Shown piece by piece: positions 29,512 to 39,525 of a DNA stretch of 64,000 nucleotides. Source of the DNA: Candidatus Omnitrophota bacterium (GTDB taxonomy: Bacteria; Omnitrophota; Gorgyraeia; Zapsychrales; Zapsychraceae). The first letter of the stretch is position 1; every line of letters begins with the position of its first letter. The notes beneath the pieces were generated by a model. It did no database searches. It saw only the letters and a list, made by a program, of their open reading frames with translations, and was not told the origin of the DNA. The translations under genes were made by a program, and so were the position numbers. The stretch spans positions 11,087-75,086 of the forward strand of contig JAHFGL010000005.1 in assembly GCA_023247445.1 (NCBI GenBank). The letters are read 5' to 3'.

Positions 29512-30237
29512 CTAATTTAATATTTGTTTTATCGTTGAGATTAATAATTTGGGATTAACTGGTTTGGTTAAATGACTAACAGCCCCGACCTCTATCTCAG
29601 CCTGAATATCATCTTGGGAATCTTTCGATGTCAGAAAAACAACAGGAATATTCTTTGTTGAAGGATCATTCTTAAGGCGTTTACAAACTTCTCGTCCTTT
29701 AATCCCTGGCAAAATTACATCTAAAAGAATCAAATCGGGTTTTTGTGCCTTAGCAATCTGTAAACCATATTCTCCGCTTGGCGCGCTTAAAACAGCATAT
29801 CCACTGGTCATCAAAATAGGTCGAATCGTTTTAATATGAATTTCGTCATCATCAACAATCAAAATGCTTCGCCACTCTTTTGTCGTTTTGTCATGAAATT
29901 GTATTTTGACTTTTTCCTGACTGAAATACAAAAAAACCACAATGTTCATAAAAACAAAATAAATGGGAATTATATGAAGTTTCGGGATATACGGTGTAAT
30001 CAAACTAAAAAACATAATAATATTTAAAATGACAATTAAGCGTCTACCCCAGTCTTTGAGAGAAATGACGGCTAGAGAACAGATAAATAAAACGGCAGAA
30101 AGTACAATGTAGACAAAAGTACGTAGGTGATCATCTCCGGGAACGCGAATCGCGCCTAAGAAAACAAGCAGAGAAACCCCGTAAAGAATGGTTAAGGCGA
30201 ATCCAATAATTTTTAAATCAGGAAGAATTCTTTTCAT
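29512..30237 (-). CDS. Membrane-anchored response-regulator receiver (REC) protein
   Basis: 3 TM helices then ILIVDDDE...LLDVILPGIKG...TKP receiver motifs. Confidence 0.8.
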   Translation of the reverse strand: MKRILPDLKIIGFALTILYGVSLLVFLGAIRVPGDDHLRTFVYIVLSAVLFICSLAVISLKDWGRRLIVILNIIMFFSLITPYIPKLHIIPIYFVFMNIVVFLYFSQEKVKIQFHDKTTKEWRSILIVDDDEIHIKTIRPILMTSGYAVLSAPSGEYGLQIAKAQKPDLILLDVILPGIKGREVCKRLKNDPSTKNIPVVFLTSKDSQDDIQAEIEVGAVSHLTKPVNPKLLISTIKQILN

Positions 30238-31735
30238 GTCGTCTCGTTTTTAAAACCGCCAGTAGTATACATCCAAAACAAAAATATGTAAAAATATCTC
30301 CAAATTTTGTGTAAAAGGTTTTTTCAGAATTAAGCTGAGCATGGGCAACAGCATAATTAATGACAAATGTTTTCTTATGATGAGTATCTTCCACATATTT
30401 AGTAATATGCCCAAAGCGGTCAATAAAACAGCTGACGCCTGTGTTGGCCGCACGAATAAGATCCCGTCTGTTCTCAACCGCTCGAAAGACAGAGCTTTGC
30501 AGATGCATAAATGGCTCTTTACTATCTTTAAACCACGCATCGTTTGTAATGTTAATCAACAATTGTGCTCCTTGATTAACGAATTTTCGGGCGAGTGCAG
30601 GAAGTGTATCTTCAAAACAAATTAATGTAGAAAACCTTAGTGGTGAGCTTGTCGAACCATTAGCTTCTCTTACTGAGGGAAATGAAAAGATTGTATGCTT
30701 ATGGCCTGCCGTAAAATCGGCGATGGGAACAATAAACTGTAAAGCGGGAAATGTATGACGAAAAGGAATAAACTCTCCAAAAGGAACCAATCGAATCTTG
30801 TCATAACGATCAACTACCTCTCCTCTATTTGATAAAAGAACTGCCGAATTATAATAAGCATCATCTTCCATAAGCACTGAACCAAAAAGAAGAGGAATCT
30901 TGACCCCTCTTACAAAATCCTGTAATTGCGCAAATAATCCTTCGTCCTCTCCAATAATATCGGGAAAAGATGTCTCGGGCCAAACAATAAGATCGGGTTT
31001 CTCTTGCGCGGCTAATTCTGTGAGCGTTTGGTGATCATTTAAGATTTTTGAGTACAAAGATTCAACCCATTTCATTTCTTGCGGGATGCTTGCCTGAACA
31101 ACAGCCACAGACATTTGCGGTAAATTTTCTTTCGTCTGATTTAAACGAAAAAATCCGTAAGAAAGGACTATCCCCAACACAAGAAGAACAACAATCGCTG
31201 ATTGATATATTTCTTTTTTAAGAAACCGCCCATTAAAAAATTCTTTTAGCAAAACATTGACCATAACAATTAGAAACGATAAACCATAAATACCGGTAAT
31301 ATCGACGATTTGAATAAGCGGCAATGCCTTCGATTGCGATTCCCCAAGTGCCGCCCAACCAAATCCGCTAAATAAATGCGCTCGTGTATATTCTAAAGCA
31401 ACCCACAAACTGGGAATGACAATAATCTTAAAAAAAATATTTTGTTTGGAAAAATACTGATATCCGAGGGCAAAACAACCAAAGTAGATAGCACAATAGA
31501 GGCTTAAGAGAATTGTGCCAACAACCGTCACATTCGTTAACCAAAAAAATGATATGAAGAAAAAAATGAATCCACTCAAAAATCCAAAACTACCCGCTTG
31601 CTTATAATTTTGTTTATCAAAAAGACAAAATAAAGGAACAAACCCTATCCAAGCTAAAATCCAAATATTTGTTTGGGGAAAAGTTAAGGCGAGTAGGACC
31701 GCTGAAAGTAACGACAGAAAATAATTTAAGATCAT
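30218..31735 (-). CDS. lnt: Apolipoprotein N-acyltransferase
   Basis: Polytopic N-terminus plus CN-hydrolase domain (LIVWPETSF). Confidence 0.9.
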   Translation of the reverse strand: MILNYFLSLLSAVLLALTFPQTNIWILAWIGFVPLFCLFDKQNYKQAGSFGFLSGFIFFFISFFWLTNVTVVGTILLSLYCAIYFGCFALGYQYFSKQNIFFKIIVIPSLWVALEYTRAHLFSGFGWAALGESQSKALPLIQIVDITGIYGLSFLIVMVNVLLKEFFNGRFLKKEIYQSAIVVLLVLGIVLSYGFFRLNQTKENLPQMSVAVVQASIPQEMKWVESLYSKILNDHQTLTELAAQEKPDLIVWPETSFPDIIGEDEGLFAQLQDFVRGVKIPLLFGSVLMEDDAYYNSAVLLSNRGEVVDRYDKIRLVPFGEFIPFRHTFPALQFIVPIADFTAGHKHTIFSFPSVREANGSTSSPLRFSTLICFEDTLPALARKFVNQGAQLLINITNDAWFKDSKEPFMHLQSSVFRAVENRRDLIRAANTGVSCFIDRFGHITKYVEDTHHKKTFVINYAVAHAQLNSEKTFYTKFGDIFTYFCFGCILLAVLKTRRHEKNSS

Positions 31736-31761
31736 ACGATCAACCCCGAACCCGTTGATTT

Positions 31762-31912
31762 ATCCCAAATTTTGCACGCACACATAATTTATGCACAAAA
31801 ATGTGCGTTCAAAATTATGGGATTACCCCGCCAAAGTTGTCGATATCTCCAACGGCATCAACTTTGTCGGCCCTTTGGGCGGATTTTGCTATTGCAAAAT
31901 CCGGGTTTATTA
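31762..31912. ncRNA. ~150-nt structured element, copy A (unknown family)
   Basis: 95% identical to 61232-61382. Helices present are acgcaca/tgtgcgt, a long ccgccaaagttg..catcaactttgtcgg hairpin, gccc-ttt-gggc, and a perfect 10-bp cggattttgc-tatt-gcaaaatccg hairpin followed by ggtttatt. Confidence 0.5.
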
Positions 31913-31942
31913 GAAGACTACTGGCCTTTTGATTGTAGATCT

Positions 31943-34930
31943 TCATTGACCACAGCATTTCTTATATTTCTTTCCACTCCCGCATGGGCATGGATCATTG
32001 CGGCCAACTTTAGGACCTTCATTGCGCATCGGTGCTGAGCTGGACACGGGAACAGATTGAGGAGCTGACGGAGGAACTTGTCCTTGGGCTTGAGCTTGCT
32101 GCATTAAAGCAGCATTGGATAAACCAGAAATTTCATCATGGACTAATTTTTGTGGCAATGAACTAAAGACGCCTTTAATTTTACTTTCTTTTTCAGCAGG
32201 CTGAATCTTAAATATCATTTCCGCCACTTCTTGATTGATCGATGAATACATCACCTGAAACATCGCAAAGGCTTCTTTCTTATACTCAATCAAAGGATCA
32301 CGTTGACCATAAGATCTAAGGCCAATTCCTTCTTTTAATTGATCCATCGCATACAAATGATCTTTCCATTTTGAGTCAATGGTGTGAAGCATAAACATCC
32401 GTTCCAGATGTCGCAAATGGATTGGATCAATATCTTTTTCTTTTTGATTATATATTTCATTAACTTCTTTAATAATAAAATCAGACGCCTCTTGTTGCCC
32501 CATGCTTTTTAATTTTTCTTTATGCGACGTAACATCATAATTAAATGTCGTCTTTAAATAAACGGCCAATCCTTCAACATCCGGCTCAACGCCTTCTTTC
32601 TCTGAAACCAAATATTGGGCAACCGCGGCATATAATGTATCGCCCACCGCCTCAACAATAAGATCTTTCACATTATCTGTTTCTAAAATTGATCGACGCA
32701 AACTATAAATAACCTCACGCTGGAGATTCATGACGTTATCGTATTCCAAAAGATGTTTACGAATCTCGAAGTTATGTGTCTCAACACGTTTCTGCGCTGT
32801 TTCAAGCGCCTTACTTAACCACGGATGTTCCAGCGCCTGACCTTCGTCCATTCCCAAACGCTCCATAAGTCCCATGATTCGATCCGAAGCAAAGAGTCGC
32901 ATTAAATCATCTTCCAAAGAAACATAAAAGCGCGAAGAACCTGGATCACCTTGACGTCCCTGACGACCGCGCAGCTGATTATCGATCCGTCTCGATTCAT
33001 GACGTTCCGTGCCCAAGACATGTAACCCACCAGCAGCGACAACCTTGTCATGCTCTTCTTTAACTTGCTGACGGAATTGTTCAATAAACTTCTGGACCAA
33101 TTGAGCCTGCGCATCTTTATCTTGTGAATCTTTTGATTTTTCTTCAGCCAATTTCTTTGCCAAATATTCTGCATTTCCTCCCAAAACAATATCCGTTCCA
33201 CGTCCGGCCATATTGGTGGCGATTGTGACCGCCCTATACCGGCCCGCTTGCGCGATGATGTGCGCTTCCATCTCGTGATACTTAGCATTTAATACTTGAT
33301 GCGCAATCCCTTTCTCTTTAAGCATCCGAGATAAAAGTTCCGACTTCTCAATAGAAATTGTACCAACCAAGGCCGGTTGTCCACGTTTATGACAATCTTC
33401 AATTTCCGTTACAACAGCCGTAAACTTTTCTTTTAACGATTTATAAATACAATCGGCATGATTAACACGTTGAACTTTTCTATTTGGTGGAATAACAATA
33501 CAGTCGAGATTATAGATTTGTTTAAATTCGTTAGCTTCTGTTTCGGCGGTACCCGTCATCCCCGCTAATTTTTCATACAAACGGAAATAATTTTGGAAGG
33601 TAATCGTCGCTAGAGTCTGATTCTCACGCTCGATCTTAATTCCTTCTTTAGCCTCTACCGCTTGATGCAGCCCATCCGACCAACGTCGGCCCGGCATCAA
33701 ACGCCCGGTAAATTCATCGACAATAATAACCTCGCCGTCATTGACGACATAATCAACATCAATCTTAAAAAATTCTTTTGCTTTTATAGCTTGCAGAATA
33801 TGATGGCGATATTCAATTGTTTCCATGTCATGCATATTCGGTATGCCAAAAAGCTGCGCCGCTTTCGTTTCACCTTCTTCGGTCAGCGAAATCGATCGAT
33901 TCTTTTCATCCGCTAGATAATCATATCCTTTGGCTAAATCAATCTCTTTGTGTTTTGCCTCAATTTGATCATTTTCCGTAATCCGTCGACCTTTAAGTTG
34001 TTTACAAATCACATTGGCCTTGTAATACGTGTCGGTCGACTCTTCTGCCGGGCCAGAAATAATAAGCGGGGTGCGAGCTTCGTCAATTAAAATACTATCA
34101 ACTTCGTCAACAATCGCAAAATGGTGAGCACGCTGCACCATGTCTTCCTTATAGTTGACCATGTTGCTGCGCAAATAATCAAAACCAAATTCATTGTTAG
34201 TTCCATAGGTAATATCACATCCATAGGCCGCTTGACGCGAAGGAGGATCCATATCGTGTTGAATAACACCAACAGTTAATCCAAGCGATTCATAAATAGG
34301 ACCCATCCAATTGCGGTCACGATTAGCCAAATAATCATTAACCGTGACCACATGAACGCCATCGCCGGTTAACGCATTTAGATACGCCGGCAATGTGGCC
34401 ACAAGTGTCTTTCCTTCCCCCGTCGTCATCTCCGCGATATTGCCGCCATGCAAAACCATTCCACCAATCATCTGCACATCAAAATGCCGCATGTTTAAAA
34501 CACGCTTGCCCATCTCTCGAACAATGGCAAAGGCCTCCGGCAAAATTTTATTTAAAAAATCTCCTTTAGCCTTCTTTAAAATTTCTTTAGCCTTCTCTAC
34601 TTGTAGATTAATTTCTTCTTTACCTTCTCCCTCGGGAGCTTTTCTATAAAGCTCTAAAATACGATCATATTCCTGTCTCTCTTTTTCAACAGCCTTTTGA
34701 TATTGAGCCTTAAATTGTTCTGTTTTAGCGCGCAACTGATCGCTAGTTAATTGGCTGATTTGAGATTCAAGACTGTTAATCTTAGAAACAGTTGCTGACA
34801 TTTTTCTAAGTAGCGCAATGGAAGGTAAAAGCAAATCTGGTGGGACGTGAATATCCACCTTAGGATTTAATTGATCAATAAATTTTTGTGCACCGCTGAC
34901 AATGGTATTTCGTATTAAAAAATCAAACAT
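31943..34930 (-). CDS. secA: Preprotein translocase ATPase SecA
   Basis: 995 aa, DEAD-like motor motifs, C-terminal zinc finger CPCGSGKKYKKCCG. Confidence 0.95.
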   Translation of the reverse strand: MFDFLIRNTIVSGAQKFIDQLNPKVDIHVPPDLLLPSIALLRKMSATVSKINSLESQISQLTSDQLRAKTEQFKAQYQKAVEKERQEYDRILELYRKAPEGEGKEEINLQVEKAKEILKKAKGDFLNKILPEAFAIVREMGKRVLNMRHFDVQMIGGMVLHGGNIAEMTTGEGKTLVATLPAYLNALTGDGVHVVTVNDYLANRDRNWMGPIYESLGLTVGVIQHDMDPPSRQAAYGCDITYGTNNEFGFDYLRSNMVNYKEDMVQRAHHFAIVDEVDSILIDEARTPLIISGPAEESTDTYYKANVICKQLKGRRITENDQIEAKHKEIDLAKGYDYLADEKNRSISLTEEGETKAAQLFGIPNMHDMETIEYRHHILQAIKAKEFFKIDVDYVVNDGEVIIVDEFTGRLMPGRRWSDGLHQAVEAKEGIKIERENQTLATITFQNYFRLYEKLAGMTGTAETEANEFKQIYNLDCIVIPPNRKVQRVNHADCIYKSLKEKFTAVVTEIEDCHKRGQPALVGTISIEKSELLSRMLKEKGIAHQVLNAKYHEMEAHIIAQAGRYRAVTIATNMAGRGTDIVLGGNAEYLAKKLAEEKSKDSQDKDAQAQLVQKFIEQFRQQVKEEHDKVVAAGGLHVLGTERHESRRIDNQLRGRQGRQGDPGSSRFYVSLEDDLMRLFASDRIMGLMERLGMDEGQALEHPWLSKALETAQKRVETHNFEIRKHLLEYDNVMNLQREVIYSLRRSILETDNVKDLIVEAVGDTLYAAVAQYLVSEKEGVEPDVEGLAVYLKTTFNYDVTSHKEKLKSMGQQEASDFIIKEVNEIYNQKEKDIDPIHLRHLERMFMLHTIDSKWKDHLYAMDQLKEGIGLRSYGQRDPLIEYKKEAFAMFQVMYSSINQEVAEMIFKIQPAEKESKIKGVFSSLPQKLVHDEISGLSNAALMQQAQAQGQVPPSAPQSVPVSSSAPMRNEGPKVGRNDPCPCGSGKKYKKCCGQ

Positions 34931-34957
34931 AATTCTCCTCGATATTGTTTATAATTC

Positions 34958-36053
34958 CTAACTACTTGCCTTCATCTTAAGAAACGCCTCAATGAAAAGA
35001 TCAATTCCCCCATCCATCACCTTCGCAACATTGCCCGTCTCTGCGTCGGTGCGATGATCTTTAACCATGGAGTACGGATGCATGACATACGATCGAATTT
35101 GACTTCCCCACTCAATCTTTTGTTTGGCCCCATGTTCTTTCGCGATCTGCTCTTCCTGCTCTTGTTCTTTTAATTCATATAATTTCGCGCGTAAAATCTT
35201 CATCGCGGTTTGCCTATTTTGTAACTGTGAACGTTCATTTTGACAAGCCACAATTATACCTGTGGGCATGTGCGTAATGCGAACAGCGGAATCCGTTGTG
35301 TTAACACTTTGTCCGCCAGGCCCCGAAGAACGATAAACATCAATACGCAAATCTTCTGAATTAACAACGATGACAGAATCATCCTCAATTTCCGGAATAA
35401 CACTAACCGACGCAAAAGAAGTATGTCGACGCTTGTTAGAATCAAAAGGCGATATGCGCACCAACCGATGAACGCCCTTTTCCGTCTTTAAATATCCGTA
35501 GGCCATCTCTCCTTCGATATGAATCGTCACGTTCTTAATCCCGGCCTCTTCACCCGACAAAATATCAATGACCTTGACCTTCGCTTTATGTTCATCCGCC
35601 CAACGGCTATACATCCGAAGCAGCATACTCGCCCAATCACACGATTCTGTTCCGCCCGCTCCAGCATTAATACTTAAAATCGCATTGCTTCGATCGAATG
35701 GTCCAGCTAAAAGCGTTTGAAGCTCAAGCGCACTAGTTTCTTTATCCAACTCATTTAATTCCTGCTGAATCTGAATGAGAAATTCAGCCTCGTCTTGCGA
35801 AATCGTTGCCAACTCTTTAATATCATCCAATTTTTTGACACCACCCAAAAAAGGCTCAACACATCCTTTTAAATATTTCAACTCCCTCATTAGCTTATTG
35901 GATTCCGTCGAATTGTCCCAGAAATTGGCCAAAGTCATTTGCTCTTGAATAGCCTTAATGCGCCCTTCTTTTTGCGGCAGGTCAAAGAAACCCCCTGAGA
36001 TCTTGAATTTTTTTCTCGAGTGCAATTATTTTCTTTTGAATGTCGTCTAGCAT
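34958..36053 (-). CDS. prfB: Peptide chain release factor 2 with programmed +1 frameshift
   Basis: Short upstream frame MLDDIQKKIIALEKKIQDLRGFL ends at the canonical AGGGGG-TTT-CTT-TGA-C site (~35981-35987). It continues in the +1 frame into the 355-aa ORF containing SPF and GGQ. Confidence 0.9.
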
Positions 36054-36125
36054 AGAAAAGTGAGTATAGCATAATCCATTTTAATATCAACCATCAGGAA
36101 TTCTTAGACCGTAACCCAATTTATA

Positions 36126-36548
36126 TTATTTTGCATCTTCTACCCAAATAAGCTTCTTACCAATCGCTTCCTTGCGCATTGATTCATAAAATTTTCGGTC
36201 GGCCGTCACTAAAGAACATCCATGCCCAATCGCCAGCGCAAGATACAAACTATCGTAGACACTTACCTTGTACTCGATGGCTAAACTCCATGCTGCATCA
36301 AGCAAACCTTTGGTTCTATAGATTTGCAGAGGAAAACGCAAGAAATCCTTGAGAATGCCGCTAGATTCTTCAGTTGTAATTTCTTTTCGGAGAATTTTCT
36401 TCCAAAGTGTATTGCCAACCTCAGCCCAAATAAGATCAGGGGCCAGAAGTTTTTGTCTGGCTTCTAAAATCTTCCCTGCAGCTTCTGAATGTATTTCGGG
36501 AAGGAACCACTTGACAGCCACGCTGGCATCAACAACACAGGCGTTCAA
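36126..36548 (-). CDS. vapC: PIN-domain toxin VapC
   Basis: VVDASVAVKWF...D.SVYDSLYLALA are PIN acidic motifs. Confidence 0.85.
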   Translation of the reverse strand: MNACVVDASVAVKWFLPEIHSEAAGKILEARQKLLAPDLIWAEVGNTLWKKILRKEITTEESSGILKDFLRFPLQIYRTKGLLDAAWSLAIEYKVSVYDSLYLALAIGHGCSLVTADRKFYESMRKEAIGKKLIWVEDAK

Positions 36549-36775
36549 CGATTCCGGTCCTCACGAATAAGCGTGGAACTATCACTTAATTTTCGGCCGG
36601 AAAAGTTTTTATGCCATTTTGCAGATACCGACGCCGCTTCTCCCATCAAAAAAGATGCAGCTTCAGTCAAAATAGCTTTAATCTCCCCCTGTAAAGATCG
36701 CCCATGGCGCTTGGCAATGGTTTTTAATCTATTAACAATTTTAGCATCCAAATCTCTTACAAGAATACTCGACAT
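36545..36775 (-). CDS. vapB: RHH antitoxin VapB/FitA-like
   Basis: MSSILVRDLDAKIVNRLKTIAKRHGRSLQGEIKAIL has a 4-nt overlap with vapC. Start set at internal Met of track ORF 36545..36820. Confidence 0.75.
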   Translation of the reverse strand: MSSILVRDLDAKIVNRLKTIAKRHGRSLQGEIKAILTEAASFLMGEAASVSAKWHKNFSGRKLSDSSTLIREDRNR

Positions 36776-36851
36776 CGATCTCACCGTCCTTTTTTTAAAA
36801 TGATAGCAAAATGATAGCATGCTTAGAATATTCTGTCAAATTGGGCTCAGG

Positions 36852-37931
36852 TTAAGAAAAGTTACTTCTAATCCCCTTCATCGCCAAATCAAATTCGTCT
36901 TTACTGTCGGCAAGGCGCCTGGCTTCTTCCCTATCAACGATTCCATCCTTAACAAGCTTAACCAAGGATTGTTTAAACGATTGCATACCAAAAAGTTCAC
37001 CCTGATCAATAAAGCCTTGAATCTCTTGGACACGACCTTCACGAATAAGACGAGCAATTGTCGGCGTTACAACCATAGTTTCATAAGCGGGAATTCGGCC
37101 TGTGCCGTCTTTGCGCGTAAGTAGTCGTAAAGAAATCGTCCCTTTTAAAATCATCGAAAGCTGCATCCGAACTTCTTCATGTAAATGCGGCGGGAAAAAG
37201 TTAATAATCCGAATAATTGTCTGAACAGCATTGATCGTATGAAATGTACTCATGACGAACATCCCCAACTCGGTGGCCATAATCGCGGCGCGCATGGTGG
37301 CCTCATCACGGATGTTTCCAATAAAAAGAATATCAGGACTTTGCTGCGTCATGTGACTTAGCGCATCGGTATAGGTAGGAACGTCTAATCCCAATTCACG
37401 TTGATTAATAATGCTTTGCTTGTCTTGAAAAAGAAATTCAATAGGATCTTCTATCGTCAGGATATGTCGAGGAGCCGTTACGTTAACGTATTCAACCATA
37501 CTCGCAATCGCGGTAGACTTACCATTACCCGCTGGCCCACAAACCAAAAATAGTCCTTTAGATTCATCACAAAAGCTTTTAAATAAATCGGCAGGCAAAT
37601 CTAATTGTTCAAAGGTTCGGATATGGTAATGGACATGTCGAATGACAATAGATGGCGTGCCTCTTTGGATAAAAACATTTACACGAAACCGTCCAAGGCC
37701 TGTTTCTTCATGAATAAAGTCGATGTCTTTTTGTTCCAGCAACGTTTCTTGTCGCTCTTCGTTGGCTAAAAGAAAAAGGGTGATCGATTGCATCTCTTCT
37801 CGACTAATTATATCTGTGCTAATTGTTTCAATCCGACCGTTAATACGCGCGCGCACATAGGCCCGCGTACGTAGATAAAGATCAGACGCCTCTTTTTCAA
37901 CCATCATTTTTAGAAATTCTTGAATTCTCAT
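36852..37931 (-). CDS. pilT: Type IV pilus retraction ATPase PilT
   Basis: GPAGNGKST Walker A, with the PilT-type N-domain. Confidence 0.85.
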   Translation of the reverse strand: MRIQEFLKMMVEKEASDLYLRTRAYVRARINGRIETISTDIISREEMQSITLFLLANEERQETLLEQKDIDFIHEETGLGRFRVNVFIQRGTPSIVIRHVHYHIRTFEQLDLPADLFKSFCDESKGLFLVCGPAGNGKSTAIASMVEYVNVTAPRHILTIEDPIEFLFQDKQSIINQRELGLDVPTYTDALSHMTQQSPDILFIGNIRDEATMRAAIMATELGMFVMSTFHTINAVQTIIRIINFFPPHLHEEVRMQLSMILKGTISLRLLTRKDGTGRIPAYETMVVTPTIARLIREGRVQEIQGFIDQGELFGMQSFKQSLVKLVKDGIVDREEARRLADSKDEFDLAMKGIRSNFS

Positions 37932-38060
37932 ACGCTGCCTCTTTCTTTAATAAATATTTTCGGCCTCAATCTTATGCCGGCCATTTTACCTTTTTTTCCG
38001 CTGTTTAGCGATTATCTTTTCTTTTTCTCTCATAAGCCCAGAATGAGAGAGCAAACAAAG

Positions 38061-39296
38061 TTAATTGTGAAAGACATCCTTCTTTCTAAGAACCCGATGA
38101 TACGACACGGCAAACCGATGCGCCTCATCACGCACGCGTTGTAACAACTTCAGTCCCAACGAATCCTTAGCCAGTCGAGTCAAATTACGTTTATTCGGCA
38201 AGAAAACCTCCTCTTCGCGCTTGGCCAACGAGATAATCGGAATTCGAACATCCAATTTTTCCAACTCATCACACGCGGCGGCTAACTGCCCTTTGCCACC
38301 ATCGATCAAAATCAAATCAGGAAAAGATTTTGCTTCATTCTTTAAACGCAGATAACGCCGGCGAACAATCTCAGCAATCATCTTAAAATCATCAATGCCT
38401 TCAACTGTTTTAATTCGAAAACGTCGGTAGTTACTTTTATCGGGCTTACCTTGCGAAAAAGAAACCATCGATCCCACCGCCTGATTCCCCATAATGTTCG
38501 AAATATCAAAAGCCTCGATGCGCTCAGGCCGTCGCGAAAGATTCAAGGCCCGCTGCAGCTGCTCGGCCTCCTTATAATAATTAACATCTTTTGTCCCGGA
38601 ATAAAGAGCGCCGATGGCCTGAAGCTGGTTGCGAACCTTCGCCGCCTCTTCAAATTTCTGCGCCTTAACTAATGTCTGCATTTCTTCTTTTAAACTTTTA
38701 TAAAGAACATCTTTCTTTCCCTCAAGAATTAAAGAAACATTTCTAATATTCTTTAAATAATCTTCGCGGCTGATGTTGTCAATGCAAGGGGCATCGCAAA
38801 GACCCATATGATAATCGAGACATTCTTTTTTAGGAAATGGATCGCAGGTACGAAAATGAAAAATCTTACGGATGATCGTTAGCGCCTCACGGATTAACTT
38901 AGCATCAACATAAGGGCCGTAATATTTAGAACTCTTATTCTTTTCATGCGGGCGGGTTACGGATATCCGCGGAAACTTCTCTCCACTGATTTCAATATAA
39001 GGATAACTTTTATCGTCACGCAACTCAATATTGAACTTGGGATGATGTTCTTTGATCAGGCTTGCTTCTAAAATCAAGGCCTCAGCTTCGCTTGCGGTTT
39101 CAAGCGTCTCGATATCTTTTACTTCAGAAACGAGAAAATCTGTTTTGGAATGATGCTTGGCCTTACGAAAATACGACTGAACACGTTTACGTAAACTTAC
39201 CGCCTTGCCCACATAAATAATCTTTCCAACGGCATCTTTCATCAAATAAACCCCGCTTGTCGTTGGAATAACTTTTAGTTTTTGTTCAATGTCCAT
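38061..39296 (-). CDS. uvrC: Excinuclease ABC subunit C (short form lacking C-terminal HhH region)
   Basis: GIY-YIG N-domain (GVYLMKD...IYVGKA), UvrBC-interaction helix, RNase H-like endonuclease domain; 411 aa. Confidence 0.85.
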   Translation of the reverse strand: MDIEQKLKVIPTTSGVYLMKDAVGKIIYVGKAVSLRKRVQSYFRKAKHHSKTDFLVSEVKDIETLETASEAEALILEASLIKEHHPKFNIELRDDKSYPYIEISGEKFPRISVTRPHEKNKSSKYYGPYVDAKLIREALTIIRKIFHFRTCDPFPKKECLDYHMGLCDAPCIDNISREDYLKNIRNVSLILEGKKDVLYKSLKEEMQTLVKAQKFEEAAKVRNQLQAIGALYSGTKDVNYYKEAEQLQRALNLSRRPERIEAFDISNIMGNQAVGSMVSFSQGKPDKSNYRRFRIKTVEGIDDFKMIAEIVRRRYLRLKNEAKSFPDLILIDGGKGQLAAACDELEKLDVRIPIISLAKREEEVFLPNKRNLTRLAKDSLGLKLLQRVRDEAHRFAVSYHRVLRKKDVFHN

Positions 39297-39305
39297 TTAT
39301 CTTAT

Positions 39306-39502
39306 TGTCATCCCCGAATGCTTTAATCGGGGATCTTAATCACGGGGTAAACTCCTTTGGATGCCCGCATTGACTTACCTTAATATAAGTTTTGAGAAGT
39401 CAATACTGCACTGGTCTTTTCTAATAGAAAAAGTCAATGCAGTACTGGTTACAAAAATAAAAGTTATGGAAAACCAGTGCCGACAGAAACATTCGGGCAT
39501 AA
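39306..39502. repeat. Composite REP-like element: gtcatccccgaatgctttaatcggggatc + cggggtaaa + ggatgcccg...cattcgggcat, with nested 115-nt insertion
   Basis: Same architecture as the intact ~110-nt copy at 56411-56520. The insertion splits the atgcccg/cgggcat hairpin. Confidence 0.65.
39368..39482. mobile_element. ~110-nt 'gtcaat' element, copy 3 (nested in REP hairpin), terminal hairpin actggtt/aaccagt
   Basis: cattgacttacc...agtcaatactgcactgg-tcttttctaatagaaaa-agtcaatgcagtactgg-ttacaaaaataaaagttatggaa-aaccagt. Confidence 0.6.
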
Positions 39503-39525
39503 CAATTTTAAAAAAAATTCTATTG

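Noticed and set aside
31772-32038. 88-aa ORF covering structured element copy A
   Set aside because: The frame is not maintained in the 95%-identical copy B, and the element is better explained as RNA or DNA structure
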